64,000 bases of DNA from Candidatus Norongarragalinales archaeon (GCA_038884755.1 JAWABJ010000002.1:1-64000); one strand, 5' to 3'. Positions 27,471-36,256 are shown, counted from the first letter of the stretch. Notes: generated from the sequence alone by a model not told the origin. Translations and numbers: made by a program.

Positions 27471-27995
27471 ATGCAAGAAAAAAACGAATTCACTGACGCG
27501 CAGAAAAAATACCATGAATCGCGCAAGGAAAAAGTGGTTCCAAAAGGCATTCCTTCGGAGGAAGCGTTTTGGCTTCCCGACCATTCTAAAATCCACGAAA
27601 TCATAGGGAAAAACAATCCTTTCGACGAGTTCGGCGTAGAATGGAGCGCAAGTGATTTGATGCTTTTTTTGTTCCCAAAAAAGTATCGCGAAACGCAGCA
27701 TAAATTCGCAACGCAGCTCGTGGAATTGATGATTGAAAACGGCGGCACGCTCGATTACATGCAGCTGGGAGATTTTGCAGAGCGAAGCGGCGTTAGTAAA
27801 GCAACTCTCTACAACAAGATCGTGCCTCGGCTCTTGAAAGCAGGGCTGGTAGAGCGGCACAGGAAGAACCCGGAGAACGAAAAAGGCCCGTACAAGCTGG
27901 AATTGTCGCAAAGCTTTCACAATTACTTGTTCAAAATGGCGAAAGAATGGCGGAGAATGGTGGCGACAGCCCGAAACCGCAAAAAAAGCCTTTGA
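27471..27995 (+). CDS. winged-helix DNA-binding protein (uncharacterised family)
   Basis: SGVSKATLYNKIVPRLLKAGLVER...LELSQSF. Confidence 0.75.
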   Translation: MQEKNEFTDAQKKYHESRKEKVVPKGIPSEEAFWLPDHSKIHEIIGKNNPFDEFGVEWSASDLMLFLFPKKYRETQHKFATQLVELMIENGGTLDYMQLGDFAERSGVSKATLYNKIVPRLLKAGLVERHRKNPENEKGPYKLELSQSFHNYLFKMAKEWRRMVATARNRKKSL

Positions 27996-28172
27996 AAAAC
28001 CAGGCAAATCTTGCGGAAAATGGAAAAACCTGCCCACATCACGCTTACACGTTGTTTTCCCAAAAGAAAACCAGGCAGTTGCTTTTGAAAAAAACACGCA
28101 CACAAAAACCCAAAGGAAATGAAAAACCTTCAAATGCTGCAAAAACAAGCTAAAGCTGCCTACAACACTAGA

Positions 28173-28194
28173 TAGTTCTTACCAATAAGAACTA
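28173..28194. repeat. perfect palindrome, copy 2
   Basis: TAGTTCTTA-CCAA-TAAGAACTA. Confidence 0.8.
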
Positions 28195-28251
28195 ACAACT
28201 GGCGGGCGGGCGAAAACACCACACCCCGGCTGTCGCGTTAAACCGCTGCCT

Positions 28252-28941
28252 TTACTCGTGAAGCTCGTCTATTTCGTGCAACGAGCCAGATAGGGCTTTG
28301 TAAACCGCGGGAACGTCTCTTTCTTTGATTACGAACGAGTTTTCGGAGTAAGTGGAGAAAACCACGTGTATTGCGATGCCCAGCGAAGCAAAAATGTCGG
28401 TAAGATAGTGTAAAGCGCCGAATGTTTTTTCCCCGAGGGTTGGATCGTAGGAGACGGTTATTATCGCCCGGTCGTCGTGTTTGCTGAGGATGGCGTCGGA
28501 AGGAATTTTGGACAGGAGGGTTTTTAGGGCTTCAGGGTTGTTGGTTGAGACAACAGTTATTTCCTGCGAGCGGGGAATGGTGTAGAGTTTCTGGCCTTTG
28601 TTCCACGCGGTTTTCTTGAGCGCTGCCAGCATTAGTTCTGATGTTTGGGGCGTGCGCTTGAAATTCAATTCCGTCACTCCGGTCCGGATTTGCACTTTGA
28701 AGGTTTTTAGGAAGCGAATGAGGTTGAGGTCCTTCTGGCGGGGCTTGTAGTAGAGCATGAAGCGGCGCACCGCAGCGATTATCGCACCGCGGGAGGCTGG
28801 CTTTCCGGTTTTTTCTTCCACGCGCTTGTGAATGAAACGCGCAAGCGCGGATTCGTTCACCAGCTGGTGTTCGAAGGCGAAGCTTAGGTACGTCAGGTTG
28901 GATAGTGTTTCTTTCACCGCGCGGGATACGCTTTGAACCAT
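28252..28941 (-). CDS. HTH plus ACT-domain regulatory protein
   Basis: LVNESALARFI...AIIAAVRR N-terminus; C-terminal GAL.YL...GIAI..VFSTYSENSFVIKE.D ACT-like; ATG 28941. Confidence 0.75.
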   Translation of the reverse strand: MVQSVSRAVKETLSNLTYLSFAFEHQLVNESALARFIHKRVEEKTGKPASRGAIIAAVRRFMLYYKPRQKDLNLIRFLKTFKVQIRTGVTELNFKRTPQTSELMLAALKKTAWNKGQKLYTIPRSQEITVVSTNNPEALKTLLSKIPSDAILSKHDDRAIITVSYDPTLGEKTFGALHYLTDIFASLGIAIHVVFSTYSENSFVIKERDVPAVYKALSGSLHEIDELHE

Positions 28942-29063
28942 TATTCGCCCACCGAAAAGGATGAAGGGAGTGGGAGGTTTTAAAACGTGTTTAAGGAGGA
29001 CGCCATTCTTCTGCATAATGCTAAAAACGTGTTTCTCATTAAGGAAATTGGGAGTGATGGGAA

Positions 29064-29429
29064 TTGAATGTCGCGATAGTCGGCGCATCCAACGACAGGA
29101 GCAAGTTCGGGAACAAGGCAGTCAGGGCGTACTTGAAGAAAGGCTGGCGCGTTTTTCCAGTAAACCCGCGCGAAGCGCAAATCGAGGGCTTGAAGGCGTT
29201 CAACAGTATTTCTGAGATGAGTGAAAGGCCGGATGTGGTTTCTGTTTACCTTCCGCCGGGCGTGGTGCTTTCGGTGTTGGACGGAATAGCAAAGGCAAAC
29301 GCTTCGCTCGTTTACTTCAACCCTGGAACCGAAAGCGCGGAAGTTGTGGAAAAAGCGAGGGCGTTGGGAATCCGGTTCGTTTTGGCGTGCAGCATTCGCG
29401 CGATTGGAGAGAACCCGGAAGATTATTGA
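29064..29429 (+). CDS. CoA-binding domain protein (YccU-like)
   Basis: VAIVGAS.DRSKFG, VFPVNP, IEGL, YFNPGTE, C. Confidence 0.9.
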   Translation: MNVAIVGASNDRSKFGNKAVRAYLKKGWRVFPVNPREAQIEGLKAFNSISEMSERPDVVSVYLPPGVVLSVLDGIAKANASLVYFNPGTESAEVVEKARALGIRFVLACSIRAIGENPEDY

Positions 29430-29473
29430 ATCGGTAATAAAAGCGTTGGTTGCGTAAGCGGGGTGCGATTATC

Positions 29474-30202
29474 ATGGAGGGAAAAACCAAGTTTGATTTG
29501 GAAAAACACTTGGAGGAAGAACACCACGAGCTCGGGCGCGGGGGTTTGCTGCGCGATTCTATTCTCGGAGGGCAGGATGGTTTGGTGAACGTGCTGGGAA
29601 TCGTTTTGGGCGTCGCGGCTGCAACGCTTGAAACGCGCGTGGTGATAATCGCGGGGCTTGCCGCCACTTTCGCCGAATCGCTTGCCATGGCTGCGGTAGC
29701 TTACACTTCCACGAAGGCCGAACGTGATTTTTACTGGAACCAGTACGAAAAGGAAAAGGCCGAGATTGAGGCGGGAAGCCCGACCGAAGTGGAAGAAGTG
29801 CGGGAGCTTTACAGGCGCAAGGGGTTCGGAGGAAAGCTGCTCGAGACCGTCGTGAAGAAAATAACGTCGAGCAAGAAAGTGTGGTTGGATTTCATGATGC
29901 ACGAGGAGTTGAAGCTCGACAGGCCGGACGGCAACTCGCCTTCCAAGAGCGCGGTTGTCGTGGGTGTTTCGGCGTTCATCGGTTCTCTCGTTCCGCTGGT
30001 CGGGTTTTTCTTTCTTCCAGTCAAGTGGGCGATGGTTTTCGCGCTCGTCTTCTCTTCGTTTGTCTTGTTCGCGGCGGGCGTGGTAAAGGCGAAACTCACG
30101 GTGGGCAGTTGGTGGAAGACGGGGTTGGAAATGACTGCAATAGGAATGCTGGCCGCGGTTTCCGGCTATGCGATAGGCGCGTTTTTGGGCGTGGTGGTCT
30201 GA
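29474..30202 (+). CDS. VIT1/CCC1 iron/manganese transporter
   Basis: LRDSILGGQDGLV, AES.AMAA..Y.S, E.EE..ELY..KG, MM.EEL. Confidence 0.92.
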   Translation: MEGKTKFDLEKHLEEEHHELGRGGLLRDSILGGQDGLVNVLGIVLGVAAATLETRVVIIAGLAATFAESLAMAAVAYTSTKAERDFYWNQYEKEKAEIEAGSPTEVEEVRELYRRKGFGGKLLETVVKKITSSKKVWLDFMMHEELKLDRPDGNSPSKSAVVVGVSAFIGSLVPLVGFFFLPVKWAMVFALVFSSFVLFAAGVVKAKLTVGSWWKTGLEMTAIGMLAAVSGYAIGAFLGVVV

Positions 30203-30251
30203 CGCCCGCAACTCTTGGAATGGGTTGTGGAATTAAAAGCGCGACTGCCCG

Positions 30252-30419
30252 CTACAGAAACAAGAGTGCTATTACCAGCACTCCCGCCGCGGTCCAAGCG
30301 AGCGAGTCTCCGGCGGCAATCCAGTGGAACCCGAAAATAAAGTCGAAAACCCTTCCGAAGCTAATCAAGACCGCGTTTTGCGCCGCGTCCAAAACGTCCG
30401 CAAGCTCCGTCCAAACCAT
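30252..30419 (-). CDS. small membrane protein (hypothetical)
   Basis: MVWTELADVL...AWTAAGVLVIALLFL with hydrophobic end. Confidence 0.35.
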   Translation of the reverse strand: MVWTELADVLDAAQNAVLISFGRVFDFIFGFHWIAAGDSLAWTAAGVLVIALLFL

Positions 30420-30493
30420 ATTTCCTTTCGCCGTTACAACTCGGTTTGCGGGCGTATAAAAAACTTGCGTTCTTTTGAATTCCGTGGAAAAGC

Positions 30494-30820
30494 TTACGCC
30501 GGCCGGCGGGGCATGAACAGGATTTCGCCGCACTTCTTGCAGATTTTTTGCTTGTGCCGGTGGTCGTAATCAAATTCTACGCCGCCGCAGTTGGGACAGG
30601 CGTTTTGCACTTGGTTGTGGAAGCTTTTCCACGCTTGCTTCGTGTCGCCGTAAACGCGCTGCCCGCTCTTGTCGAAAACCATGGGCTTCTTGTCTTGCAG
30701 CGTTTCGTCAGGCTTTTCGGCCGGTTCTTTGGCTTCAAGTTCCTTGAGCTTGTGGCTGTTGCACCGGGGGCAGTACGTTCCGCGTTCGAATTTGAAGTGG
30801 CAGTTGAGGCAGAGTTTCAT
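30494..30820 (-). CDS. double zinc-ribbon protein
   Basis: From ATG 30820: CLNC...CPRC...CPNCGG...CKKCG (TFIIB-like ribbon at C-terminus). Confidence 0.75.
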   Translation of the reverse strand: MKLCLNCHFKFERGTYCPRCNSHKLKELEAKEPAEKPDETLQDKKPMVFDKSGQRVYGDTKQAWKSFHNQVQNACPNCGGVEFDYDHRHKQKICKKCGEILFMPRRPA

Positions 30821-30886
30821 AGCAATAGAATTTACCAGACGGCATTTAATAAAACCTGCGGGATGTAATGAAAAGCGGGAGGATGG

Positions 30887-31636
30887 ATGGCGTTGCGCAA
30901 GCTCGTTTTGTTGCGGCACGGCGAAAGCGAGTGGAACAAACAAAACAGGTTCACGGGTTGGGTGGACAACGGGCTTTCCGCCAAGGGAAAGCGTGAGGCT
31001 CGGGAAGCTGCCGCGCTTTTGAAAAAAAACGGCTTTGCTTTTGACGTGGCTTTTACTAGCGTCCTCAAGCGTGCGGTTGACACGACCAAGATCGTCTTGA
31101 GGGAAATGGGGCTGCGAATTCCGGTTGAAAAATCCTGGCGTTTGAACGAAAGGCATTACGGCGCGTTGCAGGGGCTGAACAAGGCGGAAACTGCTGCGAA
31201 GTACGGCGAAGCGCAGGTGAAACTCTGGCGTCGGGATTATTCAGCCCGCCCGCCAGCGTTAAGCGAGAGAGAGCGTTTGAAGCAAGCCGAGAATTCTTTG
31301 TTCGCTTCGATTCCTAAAAGCGAGCTTCCCGCAAGCGAGTCTTTGAAAGACACTTACGCGCGAGTGGTGCCTTACTGGAAGAAGGAAATCGCGCCGGCGA
31401 TAAAAAACGGAAAGCGCGTTTTGGTTTCCGCTCACGGCAACAGCCTTCGCGCTTTGGTAAAATACCTCAACGGCGTGAGCGACGAGGACATTTCTGAATT
31501 GAATATTCCCACGGGAGTGCCGTTGGTGTACGAACTGGACGATTCGCTAAAGCCTTTGCGGCGTTATTACTTGGGTGACGCTGACGCGATTAAGAAAAAA
31601 ATGAACGCGGTGAAAAACCAAGCTCGCGCGAGGTAA
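30887..31636 (+). CDS. gpmA: 2,3-BPG-dependent phosphoglycerate mutase
   Basis: [48 protein letters not shown]. Confidence 0.96.
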   Translation: MALRKLVLLRHGESEWNKQNRFTGWVDNGLSAKGKREAREAAALLKKNGFAFDVAFTSVLKRAVDTTKIVLREMGLRIPVEKSWRLNERHYGALQGLNKAETAAKYGEAQVKLWRRDYSARPPALSERERLKQAENSLFASIPKSELPASESLKDTYARVVPYWKKEIAPAIKNGKRVLVSAHGNSLRALVKYLNGVSDEDISELNIPTGVPLVYELDDSLKPLRRYYLGDADAIKKKMNAVKNQARAR

Positions 31637-31639
31637 AGG

Positions 31640-32836
31640 CTATTCCACTTGTTCGGCTATACGCAGGAGTTGGTTGTACTTTGAAGTCCGCTCGCCCCTG
31701 CACGGCGCGCCGATTTTCGCGAAATCCGCTTCTAACGCGCAGGCGAAATCCGCAATGAATGCGTCTTCCGTTTCTCCAGAGCGGTGGGAAACGACAACCG
31801 CCCATTTTGCGTTCCGCGCGGCAACGAACGCCTCGAGCGTTTCCGTAATGGTTCCCGCTTGGTTGGGCTTGAGGATGACGCCGGAACAGGCTTTTTTTTC
31901 TATCGCAACTTTAATGCGCTTGGTGTTGGTTACAGTCAAATCGTCCCCCACCACCAATGCAGTTCCACGAATTTTCTTCGTAAAAGCGGCGAAGGAATTG
32001 AAGTCTTCTTCGTAGAACGGGTCTTCGAAATACGCTATGCGAAAGGTTTTCTGCAAACGCACGTAGTGGTCTGCTAGAGCGTCGGCATGGTGCTTCGCCC
32101 CGTCGAGGTAGTAGTGGTTGTCCTTGTAGAATTGCGTGGCTGCGCAGTCCAAACCAAGCGAAACCTGCTTTTCATAGCCGCACTCGCGAACTGCTTTTGC
32201 AATAAAATCCAGCGCGTCGTGGGTGCTGCGCAGGGGGGGTGCAAAGCCGCCCTCGTCACCCACTCCCACACCCAAGCCGTGTTTTTGCAAGTCGGTCTTG
32301 AGTTGGTGGTAGATTTCTGAAACCGCCCTGACGCGGCCGCTCGTGGTCTTGAGGCCTTCGGGAATTATCATGAATTCTTGGATTGAAAGCCCGTTCTGGG
32401 CGTGCGCTCCGCCGTTTATCACGTTGGCGATGGGAACGGGAATTTTCCGCGGTTTTTTGAAAAACGCCCACGTGGGGGTGTGCCGTTGAAACGCGAGTGC
32501 CTTGAAAAAGGCAGTGCTGCACGCGACCAGAGTGTTTGCCCCCAACCGGCGTTTGTTTTTGGTCGAATCTTGTTTAAGGAGGAACGAATCGTATGACGCT
32601 TGGGTTTCAAAAACTCGTTCCTCGGCTTTTTTCAGCATGCTCGCGGCTTGCGAAACTGCTTTTGTGGTTCCCTTGCCGTGGTAGCGGCTTCCACCGTCGC
32701 GCAATTCCACCGCCTCGTGCGCGCCCGTGCTGGCCCCAGAAGGCGCAATCGCTTTTTGGCCGTTTATTTCTACTTCAACAGTCGGATTGCCGCGTGAGTC
32801 CAGGACTTCGCGGGCTGTAAAGGAGGTTATTTTCAT
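31640..32836 (-). CDS. eno: enolase
   Basis: REVLDSRGNPTVEV, PSGASTG, QEFMI, GDEGGFAP, VGDDL, SHRSGETED, ERTSKYNQL. Confidence 0.97.
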   Translation of the reverse strand: MKITSFTAREVLDSRGNPTVEVEINGQKAIAPSGASTGAHEAVELRDGGSRYHGKGTTKAVSQAASMLKKAEERVFETQASYDSFLLKQDSTKNKRRLGANTLVACSTAFFKALAFQRHTPTWAFFKKPRKIPVPIANVINGGAHAQNGLSIQEFMIIPEGLKTTSGRVRAVSEIYHQLKTDLQKHGLGVGVGDEGGFAPPLRSTHDALDFIAKAVRECGYEKQVSLGLDCAATQFYKDNHYYLDGAKHHADALADHYVRLQKTFRIAYFEDPFYEEDFNSFAAFTKKIRGTALVVGDDLTVTNTKRIKVAIEKKACSGVILKPNQAGTITETLEAFVAARNAKWAVVVSHRSGETEDAFIADFACALEADFAKIGAPCRGERTSKYNQLLRIAEQVE

Positions 32837-32875
32837 TTTACTACCACAGACACCATCATTCCACTATTCGCCTGG

Positions 32876-33394
32876 TTAAATTCTTGTTTGGCGGGCGAAA
32901 ACGCCCGCGTGTTTTTGCCTTCCAGTTATTTGCTCGAAAATTACTTGGCATATTTTCAAGCCGGGTTTCAACGCTATTTTAGAAGGGGAAAGGTTAGCTA
33001 TTTCCAAAACTTGCCTGTTTTCAACGCCAGGTTGTATGAGGCTCGAAGAAACGTGGACCAACAAACCCATTCTAGCCAACCTACTCCTTCCCTGCAACCA
33101 ACCGCATAAATAAGGCGGCATTTTGATTTTTTCCCCAGTCAAGCCCAGGACGAGCGCGTTCGGCTTCAAAACAAGCAATTCCCCCCTCTTCAAAACAATT
33201 TTTTTCGTTTGTTCTTCCCACAAGAACGGCTTTTCTGTTATTTTCAAGTGTTTTTTCTTTTTTTTGAAAACACGGAATTCGTTTGAAAGCGTCAAATCCA
33301 CAGAACACTCTCCAACATTTTGCCTTTCGAAAGGTGTTATTTTCAACTCTCCTTTCGTGATTTCCTTGAGAATCATGGTTTTGTCGAGAATCAT
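32876..33394 (-). CDS. dcd: dCTP deaminase
   Basis: SVDLTL..EF, T.EKI, GRSRLARMGL, I.PG, LEI.N, ICQ. Confidence 0.9.
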   Translation of the reverse strand: MILDKTMILKEITKGELKITPFERQNVGECSVDLTLSNEFRVFKKKKKHLKITEKPFLWEEQTKKIVLKRGELLVLKPNALVLGLTGEKIKMPPYLCGWLQGRSRLARMGLLVHVSSSLIQPGVENRQVLEIANLSPSKIALKPGLKICQVIFEQITGRQKHAGVFARQTRI

Positions 33395-33494
33395 TTTTGC
33401 CCAACGCCAGCCCGCCGAAAGTGCGTTTAGTGGAAGTTCGGGGGGTGGGTATATTATTGTTTTTTTTTAATAAAGCATTGCGGGTGGGTTTGCT

Positions 33495-33887
33495 TTGCGT
33501 TCGGGCAAAACAAGGGAACACTATTTGAAGCAGAAAAACCAGGCTTTTGCCTACTTTCGCGTGCGCAAGGAAGACGCCCCTGCCGTTTCCTCGGGCCAGT
33601 TTACGATTTTCGACTTCATTTCCAATTGCTTTTCTTTTTCAACGGCGCGCAAGCAAGTTGCCGCAGACGTTTTGACCGAACTCAAGGCGAGTGAGCTGAC
33701 GTTCAAACAACTGCAGGAGAAACTGGGGACGCCGAAAAGCACGCTTTTCCTAGTGGTTTTGGCGCTCGAGCGGGCGGGTTTGGTGGAAAAACAGGGTAAG
33801 ACGCGGCCTTTGCGCCTGTCTTCCGTTTTTTCTTCTGGTTTGGAGGCTTATGCTTCTTGGTGGCGCGGTTGGGCTGGCAAACGCTAA
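33495..33887 (+). CDS. winged-helix protein, apparent paralog of 27471..27995
   Basis: LGTPKSTLF...LERAGLVEK...LRLSSVF...W. Confidence 0.7.
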   Translation: MRSGKTREHYLKQKNQAFAYFRVRKEDAPAVSSGQFTIFDFISNCFSFSTARKQVAADVLTELKASELTFKQLQEKLGTPKSTLFLVVLALERAGLVEKQGKTRPLRLSSVFSSGLEAYASWWRGWAGKR

Positions 33888-33928
33888 CTTAATAATTTCT
33901 CTCGTGTTTAGAGCTTTGGTTTTTTTAA

Positions 33929-34333
33929 ATGGGCTTTTTCGACTCTTTATTCGGGAAGAAGGAAGTTGTTTCCCCCTTCCTTTATACGCTGGAGTGCTCG
34001 TTGCACCCGTTCCGCCTTGCAGCATTCAAGAACGATACTGTTGACTTGGAGGTGTGCGTGCGCAACAACTCCGACCGGCCGCTTTTGACTTCAATCGTAA
34101 CCGTCTGTTCGAAGGCAATCGGGTTCGACACTATTGGCCTGCAACAGCAGCACGAGTCGCGCTTGGGCGAGCTGAAGCCGGGTGAAACTCGCTTTCTCAA
34201 GATTCCCGTGCATTCCACGCCCAAAAGCCAGCCGGGAAACTACAAAATCGCGGTTTTCGCGATTTCTCACTACCGCGATTACGCGCACATACTCAACGAA
34301 GTCAAGCGCACGCTTGAAGTTAGGGTGGCTTGA
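33929..34333 (+). CDS. hypothetical Ig-like beta-sandwich protein
   Basis: V.VRN...LGELKPGETR...PGNYKI.V pattern. Confidence 0.65.
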   Translation: MGFFDSLFGKKEVVSPFLYTLECSLHPFRLAAFKNDTVDLEVCVRNNSDRPLLTSIVTVCSKAIGFDTIGLQQQHESRLGELKPGETRFLKIPVHSTPKSQPGNYKIAVFAISHYRDYAHILNEVKRTLEVRVA

Positions 34334-34452
34334 GCGTCCTGAAATGCGGGCTTTGGCTTCCCCCTGCATACGTTTTTAAATTACTCGCAGAATAATACTC
34401 TTCACCGAGCGCGCACGTTCAAAAAGAGGCGTTTGAGGGGAGTTGATTTTTC

Positions 34453-34776
34453 ATGACCGTAAGAGTTTCGCAGTTGATGGGAATGGACGTTTACACCGAC
34501 ACCGCTCAAATGGTCGGCCGGGTTTACGACGTGATTATAGATTTGCAAAAAGGCGAGGTAGTGCGCTTGACTCTCGAGCCAATCCGCGCGGCCAGCAAAG
34601 AGGAAGCAAAGCGCGTTTTCCGCGAAAAAACCATAATGTACAAGTCGGTCAAGGCGGTTGAGAAAATCATAATAATTTCTCCCAACGCAATCAAGGAGGC
34701 CGAAGAGCCGGAGCCGGCCGAGCCGCAAAAGCCCCTGCCTTACTCCTACCGCTACCGCCGGCCGTTGAGCAAGTAA
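34453..34776 (+). CDS. PRC-barrel domain protein (CdpB-like)
   Basis: VSQLMGMDVYTD...VGRVYDVIID..KG...I.YK.VKAV..III. Confidence 0.85.
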   Translation: MTVRVSQLMGMDVYTDTAQMVGRVYDVIIDLQKGEVVRLTLEPIRAASKEEAKRVFREKTIMYKSVKAVEKIIIISPNAIKEAEEPEPAEPQKPLPYSYRYRRPLSK

Positions 34777-34891
34777 CCCGTGCTCGTTTTTTTTTGTTTC
34801 CCCGCCTTTTTTAGTGTTAACGCGGTGTTTTGTTGCGCAACGCCGGTTTAAACTTATTTTAGAGTAGCTTTTACAATGCTAGAAAAAGAGA

Positions 34892-35022
34892 TAGCGGGGG
34901 GAGGATTTCCATGCCTTTCGGCGTTTTGGACCTCCGATCTCCGGGTTATGAGCCCAGCGGGCACTCCTGGCTACCCTTGAGGCAAAAAATCCCTTAAGAA
35001 AAGAATTTCTTGTTACCCCGCT
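34892..35022 (-). tRNA. initiator tRNA-Met(CAT) with two non-canonical introns
   Basis: A1-U72 pair, G29-31:C39-41, CAT anticodon; introns 34977-35013 (position 9/10) and 34906-34924 (position 59/60) with BHB-like folds. Confidence 0.88.
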
Positions 35023-35059
35023 ACTAAGCCAGGACAACAACTAATGCCCGCCGAGGGTT

Positions 35060-35611
35060 TTAAGAATATTGTTCCGGCGGGGTTTCGCCGAGTTTCATTA
35101 AAACCGTTTCGGCCAGTTCCAGCCTTTTCCTGTAGTCGCCCAAAATCTTGCCGTTGTCGACCGCATTCATTTTTCCACTGCACTTTGGGCACTTGAACTG
35201 GTTTTCCATCGCAGTGTCGAAAGCCATTTTCCTGCAGTCTTTGCTGCAGCTGTAGAACATCGTGTTTTCTTCCGCGGAAATGCGTTGGCGCAAGTCCGCG
35301 TACTCGCGTTTTTTGAGGGTGATGAAGTTTTTGAATGCGCGGTCGGTGTTCACGCGCCAAGTATAGGTAAACCAGCCCGTTTGCAGGTTCTTCTCGCGGT
35401 TGTATTCCACGATGCCGTGCTCGTGAAGCTGGTTGAGCAAAGCGCGAATTTCAGCCATTTTGAACTTAGTCTTGTCTTCGATTTGCTCGTCGGTCGCGCC
35501 GTCGCCGATGCTTTCTACTACCTTGAGCCCTTTCATGCCAACAACGTCTTTGACGAACGGAGTAATGCGTTTTACCCCCTCGCCAACCCCCCTGTTCTTC
35601 CGTGAAGGCAT
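35060..35611 (-). CDS. tfe: transcription factor E (TFE alpha)
   Basis: TDEQI...EIR..L..L...GIV.Y.R......GW..Y.W; FY.C..DC...F..A....FKCPKC. Confidence 0.92.
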   Translation of the reverse strand: MPSRKNRGVGEGVKRITPFVKDVVGMKGLKVVESIGDGATDEQIEDKTKFKMAEIRALLNQLHEHGIVEYNREKNLQTGWFTYTWRVNTDRAFKNFITLKKREYADLRQRISAEENTMFYSCSKDCRKMAFDTAMENQFKCPKCSGKMNAVDNGKILGDYRKRLELAETVLMKLGETPPEQYS

Positions 35612-35636
35612 GCAATTCTATTCGCAGTGAAAGCTT

Positions 35637-36149
35637 TTATAGTTTCGTTACTACTTTCTTCGAATTTTTTTGCGGGATTATTTTCATTTTCGCGTTCTTT
35701 CTTTTTTCCCAAAGTTTTTTTTCGCCTAGTATTTTCAGTAAAAACACTGCAAGCGCGGCGACTTCAGAGTGCGGTTGGCTGCCTATCGCGATGTTGAAGT
35801 CGCAAAGCTTGTAAACTTCGGCTGGAACTTTTTCCGCGCCTATCACGACGAGCAGGTTTTTAGTCTTCTTAAGGGCTTTCGCGTCCGCTTTAGTTCCGTA
35901 CATGGTCAAGTGCGCCTTCAGTCCCTTGAAATTGCTTATGGTTTTCTTCCAGTCTTCGCGGTATTCTATTTCGAACGGCCCGCCCCACCTTTCAACCGCG
36001 TCGCGCACGCTTTTGAGCACGGTTTCGTCTTTTTCGCCGCTCAAAACGATTTTCCTGGCGCCGAACGCGCGCGCTACGAGCGCGCAGTGGGTCGTAATGC
36101 GCTTGTCTCTTTCCTTCCTGTGCCCCAAGCGGAGGACGGTAACGTTCGT
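35637..36149 (-). CDS. trm56: tRNA (cytidine56-2'-O)-methyltransferase
   Basis: VLRLGHR.ERDKRITTH..L.ARAFGA, WGG.F, HLTMYG, GAEKVP, QPHSEVAALA; apparent start codon is ACG. Confidence 0.93.
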   Translation of the reverse strand, partial: TNVTVLRLGHRKERDKRITTHCALVARAFGARKIVLSGEKDETVLKSVRDAVERWGGPFEIEYREDWKKTISNFKGLKAHLTMYGTKADAKALKKTKNLLVVIGAEKVPAEVYKLCDFNIAIGSQPHSEVAALAVFLLKILGEKKLWEKRKNAKMKIIPQKNSKKVVTKL

Positions 36150-36256
36150 TTTTTACCACCAGAAAACAATTTTATAAGGCACGCGCAACCAAATTAATTC
36201 TTGCCTAGTAGCGATGGCGAAAGCAAGCCGCTTTCGCTAGTTGGCGAAGGCAGGGT

